Shown: one piece after another, positions 45,907-55,857 of the stretch
How the letters are laid out: every line of letters begins with the position of its first letter
Numbering within the stretch: the stretch's first letter is position 1
NCBI GenBank assembly: GCA_902510025.1
Contig: CABWZX010000001.1
Span: 1,133-65,132, forward strand
DNA: 64,000 bases
DNA from: an uncultured Pelagibacteraceae bacterium
GTDB taxonomy: Bacteria; Pseudomonadota; Alphaproteobacteria; Pelagibacterales; AG-422-B15
Reading direction: 5' to 3'
Notes under the pieces: model-generated
What the model was told of the DNA's origin: nothing
Databases searched by the model: none
The model's input: only the letters and a program-made list of their open reading frames with translations
Translations under genes and position numbers: made by a program

Positions 45907-47228
45907 AATTAAGCTTTAAAACAAAGTTTTTTTATGGTGGTGGTGATTTTGCCATTAACATTATGTGGCAGCTGACGGTCTTTTACTTGATGTTTTTTTA
46001 CACTGATGTATTTGGACTATCCCCTGCCAAAGCTGGCTTGGTATTCTTCATCGCAAAAATATGGGATGCAATAACTGATCCCATTATGGGATATATTACA
46101 GACAATACTTCGACTAGATGGGGAAAGTTTAGGCCTTATTTAATTTTTGCTTCTTTGCCTGCATTAGCTGCAATAGTTCTATGCTTCACAGCTCCAGATC
46201 TATCTCAGACTGGAAAATTTTACTGGGCTTTATGTACGTACATTTCATTTACTACTCTTTACACAATAGTTGCAATTCCATTTGGATCTTTAATTCCTTC
46301 TATGACACAAGATATAAATGAAAGAACATCGCTAGCATCCTTTAGATATTTAGGTGGTAGCTCAGGTTCAATTGTAGTTGCTGCACTTACAATTTGGTTA
46401 GTTTATAAATTTGAATCTCCAGCTTTTGGTTTTCCGGTAGTGGTTGGGGCTTTTTCTATTCTTGCAGCAATTTTTTTCTTTCTTTGTTTTTTTCACACTG
46501 AAGAGAAATATTCTAAAGTTTATGAAGAGAGAATAAGCATAAAAAGAAATTTGAGCATGATTGCCTCCAACTTTCCATTACAATTTGTTATTGTTGCAAT
46601 ATTTGGAACATGGATGGCAAATAATATTAAACAAGTAACAGTTATCTATTTTGTAAAATATAATCTTCAACTTGAACCATATTTTGGTCTCATTCTCTTA
46701 GCTGTAATCTTGCAAATAATGATGGGTGCTTTTCTGGCAAACTTAATTAAAAATAAACTTGAGAAAAAAAACATATATATTCTAGGAACAGCCTTGTATG
46801 TATTAGCTGACCTAACTATCTATTTTATAACGGGTTATGAAAACTTCTGGTTATTAGCTCTTGTGGGCATTCCTGCCTTCATTGGCTTTGGAATGGCAGG
46901 GGTAGCCGTATGGTCTATGATTGCAGATACAGTTGAGTATGGAGAATGGAAGTCAGGATTCAGAGCAGAAGGAGTGATAAATTCTTTCCATGTATGCATA
47001 TTTAAATTAAGCATTGGGATCAGTGCATGGTTTGCTGGAATTATCTTAGAAAAAACAAACTATGTTCCTAATGCAGAATCTCAAAGCATTGAAACATTGG
47101 ATGGTCTTTTTGCAATGGGTTATCTTTTCCCAGTTTTTGCAGGTTCGATTGCTATGATCATCCTATATTTTCATAAATATGATAGTCAATTTTATAATAA
47201 AATTTTCTCCGAATTGTCTAATAAATAA
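45897..47228 (+). CDS. Glycoside-pentoside-hexuronide (GPH):cation symporter family transporter
   Basis: GPH hallmark 'WDAITDPIMGYITDNTSTRWGKFRPY' and 12 TM. Overlaps the upstream esterase gene by 10 nt. Confidence 0.8.
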   Translation: MPMKLSFKTKFFYGGGDFAINIMWQLTVFYLMFFYTDVFGLSPAKAGLVFFIAKIWDAITDPIMGYITDNTSTRWGKFRPYLIFASLPALAAIVLCFTAPDLSQTGKFYWALCTYISFTTLYTIVAIPFGSLIPSMTQDINERTSLASFRYLGGSSGSIVVAALTIWLVYKFESPAFGFPVVVGAFSILAAIFFFLCFFHTEEKYSKVYEERISIKRNLSMIASNFPLQFVIVAIFGTWMANNIKQVTVIYFVKYNLQLEPYFGLILLAVILQIMMGAFLANLIKNKLEKKNIYILGTALYVLADLTIYFITGYENFWLLALVGIPAFIGFGMAGVAVWSMIADTVEYGEWKSGFRAEGVINSFHVCIFKLSIGISAWFAGIILEKTNYVPNAESQSIETLDGLFAMGYLFPVFAGSIAMIILYFHKYDSQFYNKIFSELSNK

Positions 47229-47231
47229 TTA

Positions 47232-48266
47232 ATGAAATCTTATTCTATTGGTAAAGCATTTGGTCGAGTCAATCTTCTTGGTGAACATTTAGATTACAAT
47301 GGTGGTTGTGTATTACCTTTGCAGATCGATAAGTCAGTAACTATAAAAATTGAACATAAATCAGATATAGAGGGAATATTAATTAAATCTAGAAACTATA
47401 AAGAAGAAATATCGATAACCAACTATTCAGATAAACATAACAGCTGGGCAGACTTTATAATTGGCTCATGTGATTATTTTAAAAGATTTTATAAGGCTGA
47501 TATTTCCAATATTTCTGTAAACATAGAAAGCGATTTGCCTATAGGTATTGGTCTTTCGTCTTCTGCAGCAACCTGTGTAAGTATGATAAGAGCTCTATCA
47601 AGTCTTTTTGAAATCAATTTAGATCAATCAACAATAGTAAAGATTGCACACTGTATAGAAAATGACTTTGTTGGTGTTGGTGGAGGAGTAATGGACCAAT
47701 TTGTTTCAGTTTATGGAGCAACTGATAAAGCTCTTTTCTTAAACACAAAGAATAATGACTATAAATTAATACCTCTCTTCGATGATTATAATTTTCAAAT
47801 TATTGACAGTGGCATGAAAAGAATTTTAAGTGATAGTGCATTTAATGATCGTAAAAAAATGTGCAATCAATCAGCAGGGAAAATGGGATTAAAATACTTA
47901 TGTGATAAGGATAAGATTGATGAAAAAGATAAGGATTTGCTATCAAATTCTGAGTTTAAAGTAAGCAGGCACGTCATTGAAGAAAATATTAGATCAAAGA
48001 AAGGTTCAGAGGCACTTTTAAATAATGATCCAAAGTTATTTGGAGAGCTTATGACACAAAGTCATAACTCGCTCAAAAATAATTATGTTGTTTCGTGTTC
48101 AGAACTTGATCAGTTGGTTCAACTCTGCAATGAATACGGAGCAATGGGAGCTAAATTAACTGGCGCAGGTTTTGGCGGAGCTATTGTTGCTCTTGTAAAA
48201 AATGATTTGGTTCAAGGATTAAAAAAGTATATCTTTAAAAACTATTCAAACGCAAAGTTTATCTAA
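47232..48266 (+). CDS. galK: Galactokinase-like GHMP sugar kinase
   Basis: Galactokinase signature 'GRVNLLGEHLDYNGG', GHMP ATP motif 'PIGIGLSSSAA', C-terminal 'LTGAGFGG'. At 344 aa it is shorter than typical GalK. Confidence 0.75.
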   Translation: MKSYSIGKAFGRVNLLGEHLDYNGGCVLPLQIDKSVTIKIEHKSDIEGILIKSRNYKEEISITNYSDKHNSWADFIIGSCDYFKRFYKADISNISVNIESDLPIGIGLSSSAATCVSMIRALSSLFEINLDQSTIVKIAHCIENDFVGVGGGVMDQFVSVYGATDKALFLNTKNNDYKLIPLFDDYNFQIIDSGMKRILSDSAFNDRKKMCNQSAGKMGLKYLCDKDKIDEKDKDLLSNSEFKVSRHVIEENIRSKKGSEALLNNDPKLFGELMTQSHNSLKNNYVVSCSELDQLVQLCNEYGAMGAKLTGAGFGGAIVALVKNDLVQGLKKYIFKNYSNAKFI

Positions 48267-48268
48267 AT

Positions 48269-49513
48269 ATGAAACTAAATTTACCAAAAGATTTTATCTG
48301 GGGTACTGCAACTGCCGCCCATCAAGTAGAAGGCAATAATACCAATTCAGATTTCTGGTTACTAGAAAATACCAAAAATACAGTATTTGTAGAGCCATCA
48401 GGAATTACTTGTGACCAATGGAATAGATACGAAGAAGATATTAAATTAATGGCTGATCATGCGATTCAATCATATCGCTTATCAATCGAGTGGGCTCGTA
48501 TTGAAACTACCGAAGGAGAATTTTCTCAAGAAGCCATCGATCACTATAAAAAAGTTTTAGACTGCTGCCACAAATATAATTTAAAAACATGCGTAACTTA
48601 TCAGCACTTTACTTCTCCTTTATGGTTTACCGCTAAAGGCGGTTGGGAGAAAGATAAGAATGTAGATCTTTTTGTAAGATATGCTGAAAAAGTTTCTGAA
48701 GAACTTGGAGATCACATCGATATGGTGTGCACTATCAATGAAGCAAATCTGACAGCTGGGTTTGCACACTCATGGCCAAATTTTCCTAAAGAAGGATTAA
48801 AATCAATTATGCCATTTATTAATGATGCAGCCTTAGCATGCGGAACTGATCTCAAAAACTTTGGGCCATTCTTCTTTGGTCACCCTTTTAAAGTCAGAGA
48901 TTGTATGATGAAAGCACACTCCAAATCTGTTCCAGTAATTAAAAATTATTTAAATAATAATCAGAAAGTTGGCATCACTTTATCTATCATGGATTACCAA
49001 TGCGTCCCCGGTGGAGAAGAATTGCGAGATAAGGCTAATGCTGAGTCGGTAGATATATGTCTTGATCAGGTTAAAAATGACGATTTTATAGGAATTCAAA
49101 TGTATACAAGATTTATTTTTGGCCCAGAAGGAGTTATCGAACTTAATAGAAATGATGAGAGAAAACTTGTTATGGGATATGAATATTATCCAGAGGCATT
49201 AGAAAATGTTCTTCGATATGTAGCTCAAAAAGTCAATTGTCCATTAATAGTAACTGAAAATGGCATAGGAACAGATAACGATGAGCAAAGAATTAAATTT
49301 ATGACAACTGCTTTAGAAGGTCTTCAAAAATGTATTAATGATGGTTTAGATATCAAAGGATATTACTTATGGTCTTTTCTTGATAATTTTGAATGGTTGT
49401 TTGGATATAAGCCTAAATTTGGCTTAGTAGAAGTAGATCGAGATAGCTTAGAAAGAAAACCAAAGAATAGTTTGAAATATTATGAAGAAATTATTAGAAA
49501 TTCGCAGACTTAA
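48269..49513 (+). CDS. Glycoside hydrolase family 1 beta-glycosidase
   Basis: N-terminal 'FIWGTATAAHQVEG', acid/base region 'TINEAN', nucleophile 'VTENGIG'. Confidence 0.85.
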   Translation: MKLNLPKDFIWGTATAAHQVEGNNTNSDFWLLENTKNTVFVEPSGITCDQWNRYEEDIKLMADHAIQSYRLSIEWARIETTEGEFSQEAIDHYKKVLDCCHKYNLKTCVTYQHFTSPLWFTAKGGWEKDKNVDLFVRYAEKVSEELGDHIDMVCTINEANLTAGFAHSWPNFPKEGLKSIMPFINDAALACGTDLKNFGPFFFGHPFKVRDCMMKAHSKSVPVIKNYLNNNQKVGITLSIMDYQCVPGGEELRDKANAESVDICLDQVKNDDFIGIQMYTRFIFGPEGVIELNRNDERKLVMGYEYYPEALENVLRYVAQKVNCPLIVTENGIGTDNDEQRIKFMTTALEGLQKCINDGLDIKGYYLWSFLDNFEWLFGYKPKFGLVEVDRDSLERKPKNSLKYYEEIIRNSQT

Positions 49514-49956
49514 ATCTCATCACTTTCAGCTTTAGATAAAATACATCCAGCAATCAACCACTCTCCATTTTCTTGTTTTTCCATCATGTAATTTGCAGTT
49601 ACAAATTCTCCATTTGGATCCACAAGATAAACCTTAAGTGTTGTTACCCCTTTGATGATTTCTACTGAGCCCATTTTAATACTCTGGGGTCTATAGACAG
49701 CTTTATATCCACCAATAACCATTTTCCTAAATACCTCAGGGGAAATAAACATCTTCTTAATTGTAGGAGATGCAAAAGAATAGGCTTTTTCAAAATCATC
49801 ATTTTGAAAAGCTTCAAGCTGTTGATTTACAATAGACTTAATTTCATTCTCTTCATCTGTAGTAATTGCAAATGAGTTTCCTATAAAAATAAAAACTAAT
49901 GCAAATAGTAGAAATAAATTTTGAGAATTATTTTTTATAATTTTAACTAAGCTCAT
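49510..49956 (-). CDS. Secreted DUF4864-like protein
   Basis: N-terminal signal/anchor, and 'QLEAFQNDDFEKAYSFASPTIKKMFISPEVFRKMVIGGYKAVYRPQ' matches my memory of the DUF4864 pattern. Confidence 0.5.
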   Translation of the reverse strand: MSLVKIIKNNSQNLFLLFALVFIFIGNSFAITTDEENEIKSIVNQQLEAFQNDDFEKAYSFASPTIKKMFISPEVFRKMVIGGYKAVYRPQSIKMGSVEIIKGVTTLKVYLVDPNGEFVTANYMMEKQENGEWLIAGCILSKAESDEI

Positions 49957-50324
49957 TCGTCTGCGTCAGCAAACATTTTTATCTTTCTAGCTTTTAGAAT
50001 TAAAACTGCTATTGCAATAAGTAAGATAGCTCCACCTTCATAAAGCAGCATACTAGGATCCATTGACTTTCCCTGTAAAATAATAAGTCTTGCTATAGCA
50101 GTGATAGCTATAAAGAGCGGAATACTAATTCTTATTCTATTAAGTGTCCAATATTCCCTGATCATTTGTATAACTTCTAAATATATAAATAATAAAAGAA
50201 GATCTGCTAATTCAACACGCAGCTCTGCATACATTTCGTTAATTTCATAACCAATAGCGATAATTGTAGCTAAGGCAATTATTACAAGTACAACTTTTTC
50301 TAATAATTTTATTGAATCAATCAT
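49953..50324 (-). CDS. psiE: PsiE-family (phosphate-starvation-inducible E-like) membrane protein
   Basis: 'LFIYLEVIQMIREYW...FIAITAIARLIILQGKS...LLYEGGAILLIAIAVLIL' parallels E. coli PsiE. Start moved to 'MIDSIK' (50324) to avoid overlapping the thiolase. Confidence 0.55.
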   Translation of the reverse strand: MIDSIKLLEKVVLVIIALATIIAIGYEINEMYAELRVELADLLLLFIYLEVIQMIREYWTLNRIRISIPLFIAITAIARLIILQGKSMDPSMLLYEGGAILLIAIAVLILKARKIKMFADADE

Positions 50325-51502
50325 AAAATTTCGAATAGTCCAGCAGCACCCATTCCACCACCAACACACATAGTGACTACACCATATTTAGCTTTTCGTC
50401 TTTTACCTTCTATGAGTAGATGGCCTGTCATACGTGATCCAGTCATTCCATATGGATGACCAATAGAAATTGAACCTCCATTAACGTTTAACTTTTCGTT
50501 ATCTATTCCAATCTTGTCACGACAATAAAGAACTTGAACTGCAAAAGCTTCATTTAATTCCCACAAATCAATATCATCAACTTTAAGGTTATTCTGTTCT
50601 AAAAGTTTAGGAACAGCAAACACTGGACCAATTCCCATTTCATCAGGCTCACATGCAGCTACAGCTAATCCTCTAAAGATTCCCATGGGTTCAATATTTC
50701 TTTTTTCAGCTTCCTTTGCATCCATTAATAAACATGAAGATGCTCCATCTGAAAGTTGACTAGCATTGCCAGCAGTAATGTATTTATCAGGTCCCATTAC
50801 AGGTTGAAGTCCTGCTAAACTCTCTATAGTTGTTTGAGGACGATTACATTCGTCTTTATCAACTGTTACCTCTTGTTCTGAAACTTCTTTTGTTTCCTTA
50901 TTCATGACATCCATCTTTGTTGTTAATGGAACAATTTCATCTTTAAATTTACCTTCAGTTTGACCAGCTGCAGTTCTTTGTTGACTCTGTAAAGAGTACT
51001 CATCTTGATACTCTCTGCTAACTTTGTAACGGGCGGCAACAACATCAGCTGTATTTATCATTGGCATCCACAGAGCAGGACAAATCTTTTGAAGCTCTGG
51101 CTCAATTAGATGCTTCATATTCATATTTTGTTGTGTCATGGAAATTGACTCGACTCCACCGCCAATTGCAACTTTAATACCATCAACAATTATTCTCTGA
51201 GCAGCTATTGCAATTGATTGTAACCCAGAAGAACAAAACCTATTAATCGTAGTTCCAGGAACAGTAACAGGACATCCACCAGCTATTGCAACATTTCTTC
51301 CAATATTATGTCCGGTTGCGCCTTCTGGCTGACCACAACCAAATATAACATCTTCAACTTCACCAGATTCAATTCCAGCTCTTTCAATGGCATGTTTAAC
51401 TGTATGTCCACCCATAGTAATGCCATGAGTCTTGTTAAATCCACCCCTCATTGCCTTTGCTAATCCAGTTCTTGCGGTTGAAATAATTGCAGCTTCTCTC
51501 AT
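50321..51502 (-). CDS. Acetyl-CoA C-acyltransferase (thiolase)
   Basis: Active-site Cys 'NRFCSSGLQ', plus 'GHPYGMTGSR' and 'CVGGGMGAA'. Confidence 0.9.
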   Translation of the reverse strand: MREAAIISTARTGLAKAMRGGFNKTHGITMGGHTVKHAIERAGIESGEVEDVIFGCGQPEGATGHNIGRNVAIAGGCPVTVPGTTINRFCSSGLQSIAIAAQRIIVDGIKVAIGGGVESISMTQQNMNMKHLIEPELQKICPALWMPMINTADVVAARYKVSREYQDEYSLQSQQRTAAGQTEGKFKDEIVPLTTKMDVMNKETKEVSEQEVTVDKDECNRPQTTIESLAGLQPVMGPDKYITAGNASQLSDGASSCLLMDAKEAEKRNIEPMGIFRGLAVAACEPDEMGIGPVFAVPKLLEQNNLKVDDIDLWELNEAFAVQVLYCRDKIGIDNEKLNVNGGSISIGHPYGMTGSRMTGHLLIEGKRRKAKYGVVTMCVGGGMGAAGLFEIL

Positions 51503-51703
51503 ATAAGAATCCCTCTTTTAAATACTAGATGCCGTAACATATAGGTTTTAGTTAAAAAAAAAAGTTTAATTTCTTAATAGTAATGAGAATTAATATTAAT
51601 AAAACTCCTAAATAAAATTAATAAATTTTACATACATTATCCCTTGACCCTTTACTTTTTGCGGTCTAGAAGAGCTCACTTTTAATCAAGCAATGGATTC
51701 TCT

Positions 51704-52141
51704 ATGGTGATGCTAAAATCTGAAACTTCTACTCCTACTTGGGTTCCTGAAGGATACCGTAAGCTAGGTTGGCATGCTGGTTTCGATGTTCTTATAGGAC
51801 CTATGTATTATAAGAAAAATGAATCAGGAGAATTCAAATTTATTTCAAAAATATTGGATAAACATCTAAATGCTCATGGTATTGCGCATGGAGGTTTCTC
51901 TATGTCATTAACTGATATTTTCTTCGGAACTTTAGCATTTGTATCATGTGGGAAAAAGCCTACTAGCACAGTTTCATTAAATTGTAATTTTGTAAGTCCT
52001 GGACTACAAGATGACATTATTGAATGTGAGGCAAAAGTAACTAAAGCAACTCGATCTTTGGTTTTTATCGACGGAAGTCTAATGTCTTCAGATAAAATTA
52101 TTCTATCTGCATCTGGAATTTGGAAAATACTAAATCAATAA
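51704..52141 (+). CDS. PaaI/hotdog-fold thioesterase
   Basis: 'NAHGIAHGG' motif and a size of about 145 aa. Confidence 0.7.
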   Translation: MVMLKSETSTPTWVPEGYRKLGWHAGFDVLIGPMYYKKNESGEFKFISKILDKHLNAHGIAHGGFSMSLTDIFFGTLAFVSCGKKPTSTVSLNCNFVSPGLQDDIIECEAKVTKATRSLVFIDGSLMSSDKIILSASGIWKILNQ

Positions 52142-52668
52142 TTCCTAAAGTATTGATCAAGAGATAGATAAGTTTTCATATCTATAATTTTATTATCGGC
52201 CAACATCTTCTTTACCTCTTGTTTAGAATAAATAACTGTTTCTAAAACTTCATTTGGATCTAAGTTAGTTTCTGTTTGTTTAAAACATTCTGTTGCATAA
52301 CAATAAACTGCGCACCGATTATACGCTGGGGTAGGAAAATATTTTCCAAGCAATTTCCAATTCTTTCCGTAATACCCTGTCTCCTCTACTAATTCTCTTT
52401 TTGCACAAGCTAATGGTCTTTCTCCCTGATCAATGGTCCCTGCAGGTACTTCTAATACAATCTGATCAGCTCCATAACGATACTGTTTTAAAAGAGCAAT
52501 ATAAGATTTATCTATAATTGGAACAATTGAAGTAATGCCATTATGTTCAATCAACTGTCTTGTTAATTTTTTACCATTAACCCAGATGACCTCATCAAAA
52601 TTAAGGTTAAATACTTTGCCTTTGATTTTTCTTTTTGTTTTTAGAAATCTAGCTTTTTTAAGTTTCAT
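52135..52668 (-). CDS. NUDIX hydrolase (ADP-ribose/nucleotide-sugar pyrophosphatase-like)
   Basis: Nudix box 'GERPLACAKRELVEETGY'. Confidence 0.85.
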   Translation of the reverse strand: MKLKKARFLKTKRKIKGKVFNLNFDEVIWVNGKKLTRQLIEHNGITSIVPIIDKSYIALLKQYRYGADQIVLEVPAGTIDQGERPLACAKRELVEETGYYGKNWKLLGKYFPTPAYNRCAVYCYATECFKQTETNLDPNEVLETVIYSKQEVKKMLADNKIIDMKTYLSLDQYFRNY

Positions 52669-53165
52669 TTTTGAAATTCAGACATCTTTATCATATTAAC
52701 TCCCTTGTGAAATTTCTCAATAAAAGCAATCAGACTATGAGGAGCAATTGAGACTGTAGCAGTATTCACAAGCGGGTGAAAATTTGCTATATCAAATCTT
52801 AAGAAGGCTTCATCAAAATAAAAGCTAATCTTCTTTTGAGTATCATTCACTAGACCAAATGGAGAAACAGAACCTGGCTCAATTCCCATTAAATCTTTTA
52901 AATACTCCGGTTTAGCAAATGAAAGTTTTTTTGAATTCAAAGCATCAGGCAGCCGCTTTAAATCAGCAGTTATATCTTCAAGGAAAGTTATAAGAAAAAA
53001 ATTATCTTTTTGATCTTTTAGAAATAAATTCTTTGAATGACCGCCTTCAATTTTTCCTCTTAATAACTTTGAATCTTCAACAGTAAATAGAGGATCATGC
53101 TCAATAATAGAAAACTCAATTTGTTCATTTTCCAACATTTGGAGTAAATCAGGTCTAGTCTTCAC
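52665..53165 (-). CDS. YbaK/ProX-type aminoacyl-tRNA deacylase domain protein
   Basis: 'HSKNLFLKD' and 'GSVSPFGL' motifs of the YbaK/PrdX family. 4-nt overlap downstream and 1-nt overlap upstream. Confidence 0.7.
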   Translation of the reverse strand: MKTRPDLLQMLENEQIEFSIIEHDPLFTVEDSKLLRGKIEGGHSKNLFLKDQKDNFFLITFLEDITADLKRLPDALNSKKLSFAKPEYLKDLMGIEPGSVSPFGLVNDTQKKISFYFDEAFLRFDIANFHPLVNTATVSIAPHSLIAFIEKFHKGVNMIKMSEFQK

Positions 53166-54037
53166 TACTTTAATTTTTTCTTGAGAGAGTCTTTATAGTT
53201 TGAGTTTGGAATATTCTGTATTAATTTACTAAATTGTTTTTTTGAAATCAATCTATTCTCAAAAGCGGTTAATTCAATTGATCCTAATAATTTTTTGTTC
53301 TGATTTTGATATTTTGAAATGAAGTTCGAGGCTGTTAACATCTCCTCAGCATCTCCTGTATCAAACCATTTCACATCGCCCTTTAGAGGGAAAACTTTTA
53401 ACTGATTTTCTTTTAAATAATCTTGATGGATATCAACAATTTCCAACTCTCCTCTTTTTGACGGCTTAAGTTTCTTTGCATATTCAACTGAATTTTTATC
53501 ATAAAAATATAAACCAGGAATTGCATTGTTACTTTTAGGTTTCTTTGGTTTTTCAACTATCGATTTAATAACTCCATTTCTACTAGTTTCTATGACCGCA
53601 GATTTTGAAGGATTTTTAACCTTAACAGAAACTAAGGCAGCTCCTGATTTTAATTTTTGAATTGATAATAAAGTTTTTTTAAAACTCTTACCTACAAATA
53701 TATTATCTGCAAGAGCTAGTATAAAAGGATCTTTTCCTATAAACCTACTTCCAACAAGCATCGCATCAGGAATGCCAATTGGTTTTTTCTGAACCGCAAA
53801 AGAAAACTTCATTCCAAGCTGCTTACCGTTCCCAAATATTTTTTTATAAATCTTTAAGTCTTCTTTTCTAGAAATAAATAAAACTTGCTTAACACCAGCG
53901 GTCATTAATGTTGATAGCGCATAATATACTGATGGCTTATCAAAAACAGGTAACAAAGGCTTAGGTAAAATTTTGGTTGTAGGAGCTAATCTCTTTCCTT
54001 TTCCAGCTGCAAGAATGATTCCTTTTTTGTATCTCAT
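53165..54037 (-). CDS. rmlA: Glucose-1-phosphate thymidylyltransferase-like sugar nucleotidyltransferase
   Basis: 'GIILAAGKGKRLAPTT', 'LLPVFDKPSVYYALSTLMTAGV', 'GLYFYD' and 'RGELEIVD' parallel RmlA. No rmlBCD in the window. Confidence 0.75.
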   Translation of the reverse strand: MRYKKGIILAAGKGKRLAPTTKILPKPLLPVFDKPSVYYALSTLMTAGVKQVLFISRKEDLKIYKKIFGNGKQLGMKFSFAVQKKPIGIPDAMLVGSRFIGKDPFILALADNIFVGKSFKKTLLSIQKLKSGAALVSVKVKNPSKSAVIETSRNGVIKSIVEKPKKPKSNNAIPGLYFYDKNSVEYAKKLKPSKRGELEIVDIHQDYLKENQLKVFPLKGDVKWFDTGDAEEMLTASNFISKYQNQNKKLLGSIELTAFENRLISKKQFSKLIQNIPNSNYKDSLKKKLK

Positions 54038-54078
54038 ATATTATGCGAGATTAAAATTTTTTATTTTTTGACAGTATC

Positions 54079-54933
54079 TTATTTCTTAGTCGATTTATGC
54101 TTTAAAAAATTTTTGTCTCTTAAATTTTTGTACTCTGGTTTTTTCTTTTGCATCTTTGACATCATTGTTGTCATGACATCCTCTTTATGTAAAGTCGCAG
54201 CATTCCATAAATTTACATTATCAAGACCTTCTTTAACTGAATGATCTCGAGAATAGTTTAAAACTTCTTTTGTCACCCACATTGCTAAAGGTGTTTTAGA
54301 GACAAGTTTTTCAGCAATTTCAAAAGCGCTCTCCAACATTCCTTCTTGGTTGTCATGTAATGAACTTACAAGACCTACTTCTTTTGCTCTATCTGCAGAG
54401 ACCTTTTCTCCCATCATTGCCCATTCCCTTGCAATGCCAGCCGGAATAATTTTAGGTAATCTTTGAAGAGTTCCAATGTCTGCAGCAAGTCCAACATTAA
54501 TTTCTTCTATTATAAAAAAAGCATCTTTTGTACATAATCTTATATCTGCTGCAGTTACTAAATCTATTCCACCACCAATACAACCACCTTGGACAGCTGC
54601 AATTACTGGAAAGCGCGCTGCCTCGAGACAATTAGCAACATTTTGTAGATACTTTAATTGTTGTATAAAGTAACCTCTGCTTCTTCCAAGTTCGTTTTCA
54701 CTCTGCTCTTCAACAACATCATCCTTAAACATATTTAAATCTATGCCAGATGAAAAGTGTGGCCCAGTTGAAGATACAATTAAGGCTCTAATTTCACCGC
54801 TATCATCAAGTCCTTCAACTTCTTTTGGAAATAAATTCCAAAAATCTTCATTCATTGAGTTTCTTTTTTCAGGTCTATTAAACCTGATGTGAGCAATGGA
54901 ATTATTTACTTCGACATCAAATGGTTTTGACAT
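54079..54933 (-). CDS. Enoyl-CoA hydratase/isomerase (crotonase) family protein
   Basis: Oxyanion-hole region 'FSSGIDL' and 'GGCIGGGIDL'. Confidence 0.85.
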   Translation of the reverse strand: MSKPFDVEVNNSIAHIRFNRPEKRNSMNEDFWNLFPKEVEGLDDSGEIRALIVSSTGPHFSSGIDLNMFKDDVVEEQSENELGRSRGYFIQQLKYLQNVANCLEAARFPVIAAVQGGCIGGGIDLVTAADIRLCTKDAFFIIEEINVGLAADIGTLQRLPKIIPAGIAREWAMMGEKVSADRAKEVGLVSSLHDNQEGMLESAFEIAEKLVSKTPLAMWVTKEVLNYSRDHSVKEGLDNVNLWNAATLHKEDVMTTMMSKMQKKKPEYKNLRDKNFLKHKSTKK

Positions 54934-55008
54934 ATTTTTTTTCTCGCTTTAAACAAATGATCTATATAAACTATATATATATTTAAAACTTAGAGAAATA
55001 CATAAAAA

Positions 55009-55857
55009 ATGCCTATTAATTATGATGAAATAATGTCTCTTAAAAGTGAGAATATTGAGATTTCTTATACAGATAAGGATTCAATTCTTTACGGATTAGG
55101 TGTCGGACTGGGCAACGATCCTATGGATATAGATGAGTTAAAATATGTTTATGAAAATGGACAAATTGCACTTCCTTCGATGGCTACAAACTTCCAATAC
55201 CATTCTTCATTACTTATGTCTGCTAAATTAAATTTCGTCATGGTGGTTCATGGAGAACAAAAACTTTCAATAATTAATCCGATTCCTGTGTCAGGTGATT
55301 TCCTTGCTGATATGAAAGTTTTAAACTGTTTTGATAAGGGTGCTTCTAAAGGAGCTATTATAGATGTTGAAACCACTGTTAAGTTAAAAAGTGATGGAAC
55401 TGAAATTTGCAAATTAATTAGTACAACTTTTGCAAGAGGTGATGGAGGATTTGATGGTCCAGAGTCACCACCTCAAGAAATTTTTAAACCAGAAGGATCG
55501 CCTGACATAGTTGACGAAATTGCTACAAAACCTGATCAGGCCCTTATTTTTAGGTTATCTGGAGACTATAATCCTCTACATTCTGATCCCAACTTTGCAA
55601 AAGCTGCAGGATTCCCAAAACCAATTCTTCATGGGCTATGTACTTATGGGGTGGCCTGTAGGTCAATTGTTAAAACTGCTTGTGACAATGATGTTAAGAA
55701 GTTAAAAAGTTTTAACTGTAGATTTTCTTCCCCTGTTTTTCCTGGAGAAACAATCATTACAGAGATGTGGAAGAATGGAAATGATATTAATTTCCAATCC
55801 AAAGTGAAGGAAAGAGATAAAATTATATTAAAAAATGGAGTCAGTGAAATAGCATGA
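55009..55857 (+). CDS. MaoC-like (R)-specific enoyl-CoA hydratase (double hotdog)
   Basis: Hydratase-2 motif 'FRLSGDYNPLHSDPNFA'. Confidence 0.8.
   Translation: MPINYDEIMSLKSENIEISYTDKDSILYGLGVGLGNDPMDIDELKYVYENGQIALPSMATNFQYHSSLLMSAKLNFVMVVHGEQKLSIINPIPVSGDFLADMKVLNCFDKGASKGAIIDVETTVKLKSDGTEICKLISTTFARGDGGFDGPESPPQEIFKPEGSPDIVDEIATKPDQALIFRLSGDYNPLHSDPNFAKAAGFPKPILHGLCTYGVACRSIVKTACDNDVKKLKSFNCRFSSPVFPGETIITEMWKNGNDINFQSKVKERDKIILKNGVSEIA

Noticed and set aside
47895-47925. 'GGATAAGATTGATG' resembling the islet GATAAGATTTT-ATG motif.
   Set aside because: It lies inside the galactokinase-like coding frame (DKDKIDEKDKD) and lacks the TTGCCT -35 element. It is most likely coincidental in AT-rich sequence.
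50325-50369. Listed N-terminal extension 'MCWWWNGCCWTIRNF' of the PsiE-like ORF, overlapping the thiolase 3' end.
   Set aside because: The implausible Trp/Cys-rich peptide is the antisense-frame product of the thiolase 'GGGMGAAG' region. 'MIDSIK' at 50324 aligns with the start of PsiE-family proteins.
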